Positions 53,452 through 62,644 of a stretch of 64,000 bases of DNA are shown piece by piece. Origin of the DNA: Verrucomicrobia bacterium UBA6056 (GTDB lineage: Bacteria > Verrucomicrobiota > Kiritimatiellia > SS1-B-03-39 > UBA6053). The position numbers were made by a program, and so were the translations under genes. Position 1 is the stretch's first letter, and the number at the start of each line of letters is the position of its first letter. Where the stretch lies: the NCBI GenBank assembly GCA_002429005.1, contig DIYK01000018.1, forward strand, positions 1-64,000. The letters run 5' to 3'. The notes beneath the pieces are model-generated. The model had not been told where the DNA came from. It saw only the letters and a list, made by a program, of their open reading frames with translations, and ran no database searches.

Positions 53452-54150
53452 ATGAATACTCCGGTGCTCCTGTTTGATTTTGAAGGGACCCTCCTTGACC
53501 CCAAGGCCACCCTGAAGGCCTTTCTTTTCCTACAGTGGCAGAGTCATCTGGACGAACTGCTGCATATCCCGGCGAAGCAGTACGTCCACACAGTCATTGA
53601 GGCTCTCGAATACAGCGGAGACTCCCCTACTATGGCATTTCGAAAGGCCTACCTCAGGGTAATGGATGAGCTTAAGCTCTCCCCCATCCTCGCGAGCAGT
53701 TTGGAACAGGATCATCAACGGCACCGCTGGGAGTTCCCACGCCTCTATCCTAACTGTATCAATTTACTCCGTGACCTGACCCAAGTAGCCCGTCTAGGTT
53801 TGCTCAGTAATGGATCTGAAAGCGAACATATACAGGCTCTAGAAAAAAGCGGCATCCGGGAATATTTCAGTGAAATCTTTGTGACCGATGCCGTCTCAGA
53901 ACAAAAACCAGCCAGTACCCTGTTCAGTAAAGCCTTGGTCCGCTTTGGCGTGGAACCCCATGACGTCACCATGATTGGGGATTCCTTGGAAGAGGATGTG
54001 TTACCGGCACGATCCCTGGGCATGCACAGCCTGTTATTTCTGCCCTCCAATCGGCCACGTCCTCTGCAGCTACATAGCTCGGATTGCGTTTCGTCCTTGA
54101 TGGATCTACCTCACGACCTACGGAATTTCCTTCAAGTTCCCGCCGGCTAA
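53452..54150 (+). CDS. HAD-superfamily hydrolase
   Basis: Motif I 'LLFDFEGTLLD', motif II '…LGLLSNGS…', and motif IV 'MIGDSLEEDV'. The start was chosen at the ATG preceded by AGGAAG; the ORF list extends 18 codons further upstream (53398). Confidence 0.65.
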   Translation: MNTPVLLFDFEGTLLDPKATLKAFLFLQWQSHLDELLHIPAKQYVHTVIEALEYSGDSPTMAFRKAYLRVMDELKLSPILASSLEQDHQRHRWEFPRLYPNCINLLRDLTQVARLGLLSNGSESEHIQALEKSGIREYFSEIFVTDAVSEQKPASTLFSKALVRFGVEPHDVTMIGDSLEEDVLPARSLGMHSLLFLPSNRPRPLQLHSSDCVSSLMDLPHDLRNFLQVPAG

Positions 54151-54179
54151 CAGGCACCGCCCCCCCCAGTATATGTGGC

Positions 54180-54216
54180 AAAAAAAACATCGGGTTCAGC
54201 TAAGGCTGACCCGATG
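54180..54216 (-). terminator. rho-independent terminator of the 506-aa alpha/alpha-toroid gene (minus strand)
   Basis: Minus strand: CATCGGGTCAGC-cttagc-TGAACCCGATG followed by T8. Confidence 0.5.
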
Positions 54217-54258
54217 TTTCGGTTAGGGAGTGTTCAACTCCTGTAGCTATAGATCAAC

Positions 54259-55779
54259 TTAAAGGATCTCGAATTCAGCCACATCGTCATCTTCGACGGG
54301 AAGCGTTTCTTCCGGACGGGAGAAGTTTTCGGCCTGACCCGTAGGCAGGTAGCGGTAGGCCACCATCAGACCCAGAGCTCCCAGCGACGTATTCATCACC
54401 GGACCTTTGTCTTTTCCATTGCCTGTGAAGTCATCCCAACGGCCATCCGGAGCCTGGTTTTTCACCATGCCCTGAACCATGCCACGGAAGAAGCTTTTGA
54501 ACTGACGACCACCGGGGTTGTCATGGAACAGAGCTTGGACGGCGTAGTACTGAGCATAGATCTCACCACCATATCCGCCAATAACCTGTTTACCCCACTC
54601 CGGTTCATTTTCACCCTGAGTCCAATGCTCGACAAAACGATAAATGTCTTTGCTTTCACGGGTTTTCCCACGACCGGTCAGGTGCAACACCAGAGAGGTG
54701 GCCATGGAGATGGTTTTGTGGGCGTTACGTTTTTTTCCGTTAGAATAGGCGATCCCTGTGCCATATTCGGTATCTGCAGACAAGGAGAGCATATTATCAA
54801 CGGCTTTTTGAGTGGCACTGAGAATGCGCTGATCACCGGTTCCGGCAATTTTCGCAGCTTTCAGGGCCTGAACCTGCCAGGCGCTCACCGATGTATCACT
54901 CCGGGCACCGTTCATCTTTTTGCTGGTCATAGCATAGTTGTAATCAAAACCACCATTGGGCTGCATGCCATCAATGATCACTTTAACCCCACTGTCCATC
55001 GGCTCTTTAAGCAGGATGTTCTGGGTCATGGTGTAGGCTTCGGACACCGCATAGGTGGCCATGGCATGGCCATACACTTTATGTCCACCTGCTGGCTGAA
55101 ACATGCCGGAGCTGTCCTGATTTTCGACCAAGTAGCGAAGACCTTTGGAAACCGTTTCGCCAAATTCCTGGCTGGAAGGCGTTTCACCATGAGCCAGAAA
55201 TGCCAACAGGGCCAAACCTGTGTAGCCCGCATTGGCTTTGGCCCGACTGTCGGTACGCCCATCTTTATCCCAAGCCCCATTCGGCATCTGATGATCACGC
55301 AGCCAACGCAGGGCACGCATCACCGCAGGTTCACTGATACCGCCCACTCCTGCACCGTATTTGCGCAAGGCACCGGCACGGGCGGCAGCATTCCGACCAC
55401 TCATCAGACCGGTCATGGTGACCGGGCTGGCGATATCGGACATCAAGTTGGCCAATTCATTTACGTTGCTGGTCGTATCCGTAGTGACTTCGGTCGGCTG
55501 AGTGTCGAAATCCGTATCGATATCGGTACTCATGTCAAAATCACTGAAATCGGTCATATCCACATCCTGGACAGTTTCTTCCGGGATGATTTCCTCTTCG
55601 ATTTCCTCAATCTCCACCTTTTCGGCAGGCTTAATCACTTTAACCTGACTCGTGGGAGGGGGAGCATCTCCACCCAAGGTAATAAAAAACAGCAACGCAA
55701 TTAAGAGGGCGCCGTTTACAATCAGCGACACCACCACAGAGGTGGAGTGCGCCATTTTCATTTGTTTTTGTACACTCAT
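54259..55779 (-). CDS. N-terminally membrane-anchored prenyltransferase/squalene-oxidase-repeat (alpha/alpha-toroid) protein
   Basis: Anchor MSVQKQMKMAHSTSVVVSLIVNGALLIALLFF. A D/T-rich linker, then repeats …HQMPNGAWDKDG…, …NQDSSGMFQP…, …MQPNGGFDYN…, …NQAPDGRWDDF…, and a C-terminal …VAYRYLPTG…. Confidence 0.6.
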   Translation of the reverse strand: MSVQKQMKMAHSTSVVVSLIVNGALLIALLFFITLGGDAPPPTSQVKVIKPAEKVEIEEIEEEIIPEETVQDVDMTDFSDFDMSTDIDTDFDTQPTEVTTDTTSNVNELANLMSDIASPVTMTGLMSGRNAAARAGALRKYGAGVGGISEPAVMRALRWLRDHQMPNGAWDKDGRTDSRAKANAGYTGLALLAFLAHGETPSSQEFGETVSKGLRYLVENQDSSGMFQPAGGHKVYGHAMATYAVSEAYTMTQNILLKEPMDSGVKVIIDGMQPNGGFDYNYAMTSKKMNGARSDTSVSAWQVQALKAAKIAGTGDQRILSATQKAVDNMLSLSADTEYGTGIAYSNGKKRNAHKTISMATSLVLHLTGRGKTRESKDIYRFVEHWTQGENEPEWGKQVIGGYGGEIYAQYYAVQALFHDNPGGRQFKSFFRGMVQGMVKNQAPDGRWDDFTGNGKDKGPVMNTSLGALGLMVAYRYLPTGQAENFSRPEETLPVEDDDVAEFEIL

Positions 55780-55858
55780 TACAAATCTCCCAAACGAGTT
55801 CTAGCTACAAATCAATACCGCAGTTTCCTGAAGAAGTTTAGTCCAAGCTCAGAGAAAA

Positions 55859-56428
55859 TCACGGATAGAGCCCTAGATCCTCCAAATGTTGGAGTACCTG
55901 AGCCAAGGGTAACCCGACCACATTGTGGTAACTACCTGCCAAGCGCAACACAAACTTTCCGCCTTCACCCTGTATTCCGTAGGCTCCGGCTTTGTCCCGC
56001 CCTTCTCCCCCCTCCACATAGGCCTGGCATTCCCGCTTGGAGAGTTCACGGAAATATACGTCCGTCCCTTCCGCAAAACTGGGCCCGAGTCCATCCCGCA
56101 GGACGGCCACCCCAGACCAGACCCGATGTTTTTGTCCAGAAAGCTGTCGCAACATCGTAAAAGCCTCCAAGTCATCCGCCGGTTTCCCCAAGCGTTGCCC
56201 TTCGGGTCCCTCAACTAAGGTATCGGCCCCCAGAACCCAGCGACCTGGGAAACGGGCAGACACAGCTTGGGCTTTTTCCTTGGCCAGGCGAATCACCATC
56301 GCTTCCAAGGGTTCGCCCTCTATGGAGGCTTCTTCGCTATGAGCAGGATGTTGCTCTATTTCCAGTCCAGCCAACCGTAATAAGTCTACCCGCCGGGGCG
56401 AGGCTGAAGCCAGAATCAGCGCGTTCAT
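55859..56428 (-). CDS. maf: Maf-family nucleoside-triphosphate pyrophosphatase (septum-formation protein Maf)
   Basis: MNALILASASPRRVDLL…, 189 aa, conserved Maf pattern. Confidence 0.8.
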   Translation of the reverse strand: MNALILASASPRRVDLLRLAGLEIEQHPAHSEEASIEGEPLEAMVIRLAKEKAQAVSARFPGRWVLGADTLVEGPEGQRLGKPADDLEAFTMLRQLSGQKHRVWSGVAVLRDGLGPSFAEGTDVYFRELSKRECQAYVEGGEGRDKAGAYGIQGEGGKFVLRLAGSYHNVVGLPLAQVLQHLEDLGLYP

Positions 56429-56841
56429 CCTACGTGCGCCAACGCATGTGCCCGCAAAGCCTGTACCATACTCTGTAAGCCATTAGTGCGGTTCATGCTC
56501 AAATGAGACAAGAGGCCAATGCGCTCCATAAAAGCAAGGTCTGCGTCCTTCAGCTCTCTGGCAGATCGGTCCTGATAGACACTCAACAACAGAGCAATCA
56601 GCCCCTGCACGATCAAGGCATCACTTTCTGCCTCCACATGCAAGCGATCTTCTTTCGCCTCTACATGAAGCCAAACCTGAGACTGGCAGCCCCGAACCCG
56701 GTGTTGATCATTTTTGAATGCAGGGTCCATCGGAGGCAGGCTTCGTCCGAGCTCAATCAGGTGCGCATACTTCTCCTGCCAGTCTGTAAACAGGTCAAAT
56801 TCTGCCACCACGTCTTCAATCGATTCCTGTAAAGATGCCAT
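56425..56841 (-). CDS. sufE: SufE-like cysteine desulfuration (sulfur-acceptor) protein
   Basis: …HRVRGCQSQVWLHVE… is the conserved SufE active-site Cys context. 138 aa. Overlaps maf by 4 nt. Confidence 0.75.
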   Translation of the reverse strand: MASLQESIEDVVAEFDLFTDWQEKYAHLIELGRSLPPMDPAFKNDQHRVRGCQSQVWLHVEAKEDRLHVEAESDALIVQGLIALLLSVYQDRSARELKDADLAFMERIGLLSHLSMNRTNGLQSMVQALRAHALAHVG

Positions 56842-57072
56842 GAAAACTACCTATCCCGGAGATGATAAAAACCAAAAGGAAAAGCTCCAAAATGAGCTCA
56901 AGAACGGCTTTGCAACAAAAACAGAGGGCAGAGCCTATTAACATTTCGTATTTTACGTTAATTTTGCTCATTTCGTCGGTTTCGGGTGATTTGAACAGAT
57001 TTAATGCAATCTTAGTTCCTTCATTGACCTCAAGACGACAGCACGGGTATAAATAATGATAACTTCCCGCCT

Positions 57073-58374
57073 ATGTTGATCGAATTTTGCTGCCCAGTCT
57101 GCCAAGCCCCTCTTTCCGTAAAAAAGAAAGCTGCGGGTGGTCAGGTGAATTGCCCTCAATGCATGAAGGTGATTCTCATCCCTGATCGTTCCCCCCTGCC
57201 TCGTGAAGAGGAGGACATTCCTCCCTTACAGGATGAGCGTAAGGTCGATGTCCCAGAGCTGAAAACCGCCATTGAAATCAGCGTGGAGCCCTACCGCCGC
57301 GAACTCAACACCAAGTCAGGTCTGTTGAATGATGCGGTGGAGATGATCAAAACCCGAAATCAACGCATCAAGGAGATCGAGAGCCTCATTCTGAAAACCC
57401 AGAAAGAACTCTGGGCTCTGGAGGTCGAGATTGATGAAGAGCGCGACAATTATAAACGCCTTCAGCACCGTTTACATGAGTTCCGCAAAGAACATGCCAA
57501 CGGGACAAGCCATGGGACTGAGAATGGCAATGGGAACGGATCTTCCGAAAACGGCAGTTCGGGACAGGTTGGAGAAAGTGATCACAATCGCCTGCAGATG
57601 CGGCTGAACAATTTAACGGTGCATACCCAGGAGCTGCAGGAAATCCTCCGCAACAACCTGAGTGACAGCAAGACCATTGGCAGCTCCATTGAACAGCTCT
57701 CGGATCTCCGTAGCTCTTTGCAGAAAACCGGGGAGCGTTTGCGGGCCCAAGGACAGGAACTGGACGAAACTCAGTCAGAGTTTGAAAAATGCGGCGCAGA
57801 AATCCAGGCCTTTGAGCTGGCTTTGCAGCGGCGAAAAGAACTTCAACTGCAAAGCGAAGCGGAAAAATCCCGTATCCAGAGTGATATGGAACGCCTGGTC
57901 TCCTCTTCCTCCGAAGATATCCAGTTTGCGCTCAACGAAAAGCAGCAATGGAAAGAGCGTGCTGAGGAATTACGGGCAGAAAAAGAAGCCGACACCCGCC
58001 GCATTCACGAACTGGAAGCGAGACTGGAATCTGAACAGGACATGGGTGAAAAAGTCCAGAAGCTCGAGCTGAAACTCAAAGAAGAAAAAGCCTTCCGGGC
58101 CCAGGTCACCCAATTGGAAGCTCAATTAGCTGAGGAGCAACAGTACCGGAAACGGGTTCAGGAATTAGAAAGCCAATTGGAAGCCGAGCAGGCCTTCCGC
58201 GTAAGAGTAAGCGAATTGGAAACGGAGTTGGCCGGAGAACAGAAACTCCGGGAAACGACGCTTCAGGATAGAAATGAGTGGAAACAGCAGTATGTACATC
58301 TGCAACAAGAACTCCGCTCACACCTGATGCAGCTACAGCAGCACTTGGATGCTGCTGAGCAAACCACCTCATGA
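57073..58374 (+). CDS. zinc-ribbon plus long coiled-coil protein of unknown function
   Basis: The N-terminus CPVCQAPLSV…NCPQCMKV has 2x CxxC. About 350 aa of heptad-rich coiled coil follow, including tandem 22-residue-like units (…QKLELKLKEEKAFRAQVTQLEAQLAEEQQYRKRVQELESQLEAEQAFRVRVSELETELAGEQKLR…). The stop overlaps the hslO start. Confidence 0.5.
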   Translation: MLIEFCCPVCQAPLSVKKKAAGGQVNCPQCMKVILIPDRSPLPREEEDIPPLQDERKVDVPELKTAIEISVEPYRRELNTKSGLLNDAVEMIKTRNQRIKEIESLILKTQKELWALEVEIDEERDNYKRLQHRLHEFRKEHANGTSHGTENGNGNGSSENGSSGQVGESDHNRLQMRLNNLTVHTQELQEILRNNLSDSKTIGSSIEQLSDLRSSLQKTGERLRAQGQELDETQSEFEKCGAEIQAFELALQRRKELQLQSEAEKSRIQSDMERLVSSSSEDIQFALNEKQQWKERAEELRAEKEADTRRIHELEARLESEQDMGEKVQKLELKLKEEKAFRAQVTQLEAQLAEEQQYRKRVQELESQLEAEQAFRVRVSELETELAGEQKLRETTLQDRNEWKQQYVHLQQELRSHLMQLQQHLDAAEQTTS

Positions 58375-59261
58375 ATCCTGATTACATCTACCACGGCCAA
58401 TGGCCCTCTCTGGGCTTTAATTTCACTTACGTTTCCTGTCCCCGGGTCAGCAATGATGCTGTATTAAAGCACGACTGCGACCCTCCAGCAGCACAATTAC
58501 TCTCCCGTGCCCTCTGCTGCGGTCTATTGTTACAGCCCGGCTTACAAGGTCAGGAGCGATACAACCTTCATTGGAAATACCAGGGTGCCCTGAAGGATAT
58601 TGTCGTCGATCTCAGGGCCTCCGGACAAATCCGGGGCCTGATATCCCCCAGTTCCCTGAGTGATTTGGCTGAGGACCGGGAAGAACTCTACGGAAATAAC
58701 GGCCAACTCTCCCGGGTCACCAGCCGCAATGGACGCATTCTGAACTCAGGCAGCAGCCCTTGTGAGTTACTCAACGTCAGCCAGGATCTCGCCTACGCCC
58801 TCTCTGTGAGTGACCAGGTCGAAAGTGAACTCAATGTAATGGTTGCCTTCAACCCTGATCCGGAACAACCCGTGCGTATCTGCAGAGGCCTGCTCCTGCA
58901 GGCTGCTCCAGAATGCGATTTACTTCAATTCATGCAGATCCGGGAGCGCTTGCACCACGAGGATCTTCGCCGCCTGCTGGCTACCGAATTGGAACGGGAC
59001 GGTCTCTGTGAAGATCTGCTTCGTGCCCTGGTCCCCGAGGAACATCGGGAAGACGACTTTCATCTCGAAGCCGGCCCCAGCCCCCGTTGGTTCTGCACCT
59101 GCAGCCGGGATAAGTTTGAACAATCCTTGCGGATGCTTCCTCAATCAGATCGTGAGGAGATCCTGAGAACCGGTGAAGAAAGCGTCGTCCGCTGCGATTT
59201 CTGTAACCGCCGTTTCCGTTTCTCCGCTGAAGAGGCCCGTGAAATCTGGGAACGGGACTGA
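58371..59261 (+). CDS. hslO: Hsp33 redox-regulated chaperone
   Basis: 296 aa. The C-terminal zinc centre is CTCSRDKF…RCDFCNRRF (CxC…CxxC). The N-terminal domain pattern is typical of HslO. Confidence 0.8.
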   Translation: MNPDYIYHGQWPSLGFNFTYVSCPRVSNDAVLKHDCDPPAAQLLSRALCCGLLLQPGLQGQERYNLHWKYQGALKDIVVDLRASGQIRGLISPSSLSDLAEDREELYGNNGQLSRVTSRNGRILNSGSSPCELLNVSQDLAYALSVSDQVESELNVMVAFNPDPEQPVRICRGLLLQAAPECDLLQFMQIRERLHHEDLRRLLATELERDGLCEDLLRALVPEEHREDDFHLEAGPSPRWFCTCSRDKFEQSLRMLPQSDREEILRTGEESVVRCDFCNRRFRFSAEEAREIWERD

Positions 59262-59284
59262 GCCCCCTTTCCCCGAAAAAAAAA

Positions 59285-59313
59285 GAACCCGGCAAGGACC
59301 GGGTTCTTTTTTT
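59285..59313. terminator. bidirectional rho-independent terminator between hslO and the convergent alpha/alpha-toroid gene
   Basis: A8-GAACCCGG-caagga-CCGGGTTC-T7: an 8-bp GC-rich stem flanked by an A-run and a T-run. Confidence 0.7.
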
Positions 59314-59335
59314 GGGGGATTCGACAAATCGAATC

Positions 59336-60988
59336 TTACATATCCACCACGGGCAGATAGCGGTAGTAGATTTCAAGCATCAAGGTGTTCATGGCGGTAC
59401 GATACACTTCGCCGTCAACGCTTTGTGCACCACCGTGGTGAAGCTTGCCGCTGCTGGTGGGTTCCCAGCTTCCGTCTTTCTTCTGAGCTTCCACAACGGA
59501 GTCTTGGAACCAGTCATTGAATTTAGTCCAGTCACGGCCACCCTGAGCGAAGACAGCCTGAACATCGTAGTACATCGAGTACAGGTTGATGTTTTCGTAG
59601 ATCATGTCGCCTTTGCCGTCCGTCCAATTGTGATCCTCTTCGGTACGTTCCATGAGGAAATCAATCCCGCCCTGGGCTTCTTTGGAGCGACCATTTTTCC
59701 ACATTTTCAGCGTGGTAGTACTCATACCGGTGAGGTTTTTGGTTTTGTTGTCGGGGCCACGGTAACCAAACTGTTTGGTATCGGAGTCGTAGACCGATTT
59801 GATGAAGTCAGCGGCATCGTCGAGCGTGCTTTCCACATCTTTTTCGATTTCATCCAGACCAGCGAGGTAGGCGGCTTTGAGCGCCTGAATCTGCCAACCG
59901 GATACGGAGGTGTCTCCACCGCCGCCGCCACCGCTCATCGCGTACAGCCAACCCCCTTTATCAGTCTGACCTTCAATGATGCGGTTCACACCCTGCAGGA
60001 AGGGATCACGATACTGAGGATCACCAGTCATGATGTAGGCTTCACCCAGAGCGTAGGTAGCAATCCCGTGTGAGTAGGAAGCCCCGTGGCCACCGGTATC
60101 ACTGGTGAGGCCGTTCTGACCTTTACCCACCATGGAAACCAGATAATCGAGCATTTTTTCAACGTTCTCACCGTAAATGGGGCTGTCCGGGGTTTCGCAG
60201 TGACCGAGGAAGGCCAGCAAAGCCAGGCCGGTCATGGCCACTTTGTACTGCTCACCAAAGCTGCCGTCGGCGTTCTGGTTATCTGCAAACCAAGCCAGGG
60301 CAGACTGCACGGCTTTTTCAGAGGCAGCACGTCCACCACTTTTGCGCATACGGGCAGAGCGACCCTGAGCGGAGCAGCGGTCCTGCATGGAGGGGGGCAG
60401 ACCCATGCCGCCCATTCCGCCACCCATTCCGGTGCCAAAACCACCGCCAACACCTGATCCGAGCCCTGCAGTGCCCATGGTACTGAAGGTACGCTGAATC
60501 TTGGTTTTGTTCCGGTTCATCTTTTTGATTTCCGGGAGAGCCAAATCCGAAGGAGCATTCACCATCATGCGAGGCTGCAGCTTGGGACGGGCCGAACGCT
60601 TGGTCAACTGGTTGACCCGCACTTTCATTTCCAGCTTACGGGGTTCCAGACGGGGACGCGGCGGCGGAGGTGCCACAAATTCCACTTCTTCCTTCTCCGG
60701 CAGAGACAGGGCAACGATAAATGCAGCCATGATCAGAAGAAGAATGTGTACCAAAATACTGACCAAGGTCGCATTGCGCTTGGACTTCTGCTTCTGCTCC
60801 TGCAGTGCGCGGTTCTTTAAAATGTCATCATCAAGCAGTTCCGAGGGAATCTGTTCGTCAGCCATAGCCTTACTCCATTGGGTGTGCATAGAGACAATAG
60901 GTAACTTTCGTACTCCCGTTAAGGGAAAATCTTTTTGAAAACAGCTTAAGCTTTGCCCTGTTGCTTTAAAAAGCGGCCCGCAGTACAT
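59336..60988 (-). CDS. membrane-anchored prenyltransferase/squalene-oxidase-repeat (alpha/alpha-toroid) protein, tandem paralog A
   Basis: Single TM (…NATLVSILVHILLLIMAAFIVAL). Then …RAASEKAVQSALAWFADNQNADGSFGEQYKVAMTGLALLAFLGHCETPDSPIYGENVEKMLDYLVS…, a G-rich loop, and a C-terminal …EIYYRYLPVVDM. The start may be the internal MADEQ… ATG (about 60871). Confidence 0.6.
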   Translation of the reverse strand: MYCGPLFKATGQSLSCFQKDFPLTGVRKLPIVSMHTQWSKAMADEQIPSELLDDDILKNRALQEQKQKSKRNATLVSILVHILLLIMAAFIVALSLPEKEEVEFVAPPPPRPRLEPRKLEMKVRVNQLTKRSARPKLQPRMMVNAPSDLALPEIKKMNRNKTKIQRTFSTMGTAGLGSGVGGGFGTGMGGGMGGMGLPPSMQDRCSAQGRSARMRKSGGRAASEKAVQSALAWFADNQNADGSFGEQYKVAMTGLALLAFLGHCETPDSPIYGENVEKMLDYLVSMVGKGQNGLTSDTGGHGASYSHGIATYALGEAYIMTGDPQYRDPFLQGVNRIIEGQTDKGGWLYAMSGGGGGGDTSVSGWQIQALKAAYLAGLDEIEKDVESTLDDAADFIKSVYDSDTKQFGYRGPDNKTKNLTGMSTTTLKMWKNGRSKEAQGGIDFLMERTEEDHNWTDGKGDMIYENINLYSMYYDVQAVFAQGGRDWTKFNDWFQDSVVEAQKKDGSWEPTSSGKLHHGGAQSVDGEVYRTAMNTLMLEIYYRYLPVVDM

Positions 60989-61037
60989 CTTTGTTTAAAA
61001 ACTGCTCCTCATAGCCCAGTGAATGGTTATAATTAAC

Positions 61038-62567
61038 TTAAAATGTTAATTTTAACTTGTCCGTTACAAGATAACGGTAGTACACCTGCAAAATCAGGGT
61101 ATTGATGGCATTTCGATACAGGGTTCCATCCAGATCGGTTCCCGCACCCTGATGCAAGCCTTTCTGAGCGGTCGCAGTCCAGCTGCCATCCGCCTTCTGC
61201 GCTGTACAGAGAGCCTCCTGGAACCAGCTATTGAAGCTCTTCCAGTCCCGCCCACCTTGGGCGTAGGCCGCCTGCACCGCAAAAAACAGGGTGTACAGAT
61301 TGACCTGATCATACTTCATACGGCCTCCTGGGTCTGTCCAAGGATGTTCCGGGTCTGTTTTTGCCAGGAGTAGCTCCATTCCCCTATGAGCTTCCTTACT
61401 GAGACCTTGCCCCCAGCGGCTCAAAGAAAGTGTCGCGGCGGCAGCCAGTTGAGGATGCTCCCGATTCGCCACCCGGTATCCAAAGGAACCACTTTCCCTA
61501 TGATATACCGACTTTAGGAACTCCATCGCCGCGTTCAAACTCTTCACCACGTCCAGGTCCACTTCTTCCATGCCACTGAGATGTGCGCAATAGAGGGCCT
61601 GGATCTGCCAGGCACTGAGAGAGCTGTTTCCACCCTCCGCCCTCCCATCCATTTCATAGCTCCAGCCACCCTGACCCGTCTGAGCCCCTACAATACGCTG
61701 TATCCCAGCCACAAAAGGTTGCCGGTACATGGGATCACCGACAACAAGGTAGGCCTCTCCTAAAGCCCAGGTCGCCATGGCCTGAGAATAGGAGGCGACG
61801 CCGTCCCCGGCATCTTGATCGAATCCGTTGGCCCCCTTCCCACGTTGAGAAATCACATAATCGATCATCTTTTCGACCTGCTCCCCATAAAGGGGACTGT
61901 CCGGGGTTTCACAATGCCCCAGGAAAGACAACAAGACGAGGCTGGTCATCGCCAGCGGGTAGCGTTTGCCAAAACTTCCATCCTCATTCTGATGTTCCGA
62001 AAACCAGGCAAGGGCGCTCTGCACAGCTCGCTCTGAAGCGGCCCGCCCCCCATGTAGTTGCAGCGTTCTAGTCCGTTGTACTAGCGAACAGCGTCCTCTA
62101 AACTCCGAAGGCAACGTGATCGCCACCCAAGGGGATATACGAGGTGAGGGGCCTGTACTCACCCCTTGACCCCATGGGTTGTTGCGAAGAGGCCGAAAAG
62201 ATCTCTCAAGTTGCAGTTTAGGGGAGCTTGGCCACTGAATGTCCGGAAGAGCAAGATCCACAGGAGCCAAGCGCTCCTGTCCCTGATGGAGTTCCAGTTT
62301 GGCGGAGGACAGATTCAATTCCCGAACCCGCTGCTGCCGCTCTGCATCTGGCAATTGCAGCCGGGGACCGCTCGTTTCGGGATGAGAGGAAACATCCGGT
62401 CTCTTCACCGGGAAGCCAAGCGGAAGCAGTATCGCAGCAAGCAGGAAGAAGAGCAGGATCCTGATCCATAGCGCTCTCCCCCTCTTTTTCCCCTCCTTCG
62501 TGTGATGAGCAGAAGGGTTCAGACCAGAGTCTTTCTGAACCTGTGTTGAATGCGGATCTTCAGCCAT
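61038..62567 (-). CDS. membrane-anchored prenyltransferase/squalene-oxidase-repeat (alpha/alpha-toroid) protein, tandem paralog B
   Basis: …RAASERAVQSALAWFSEHQNEDGSFGKRYPLAMTSLVLLSFLGHCETPDSPLYGEQVEKMIDYVIS… is near-identical in pattern to paralog A. C-terminal …QVYYRYLVTDK. N-terminal basic cytoplasmic tail plus a TM (KKRGRALWIRILLFFLLAAILLPLGF). Confidence 0.6.
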   Translation of the reverse strand: MAEDPHSTQVQKDSGLNPSAHHTKEGKKRGRALWIRILLFFLLAAILLPLGFPVKRPDVSSHPETSGPRLQLPDAERQQRVRELNLSSAKLELHQGQERLAPVDLALPDIQWPSSPKLQLERSFRPLRNNPWGQGVSTGPSPRISPWVAITLPSEFRGRCSLVQRTRTLQLHGGRAASERAVQSALAWFSEHQNEDGSFGKRYPLAMTSLVLLSFLGHCETPDSPLYGEQVEKMIDYVISQRGKGANGFDQDAGDGVASYSQAMATWALGEAYLVVGDPMYRQPFVAGIQRIVGAQTGQGGWSYEMDGRAEGGNSSLSAWQIQALYCAHLSGMEEVDLDVVKSLNAAMEFLKSVYHRESGSFGYRVANREHPQLAAAATLSLSRWGQGLSKEAHRGMELLLAKTDPEHPWTDPGGRMKYDQVNLYTLFFAVQAAYAQGGRDWKSFNSWFQEALCTAQKADGSWTATAQKGLHQGAGTDLDGTLYRNAINTLILQVYYRYLVTDKLKLTF

Positions 62568-62644
62568 GCGCTTCCTTCCAGTAGCTACCGGAAAGAAGCT
62601 AGAGGACAGAGTCGCATTCGTTTAGGCGAAAGGTCTGGTGTGAC

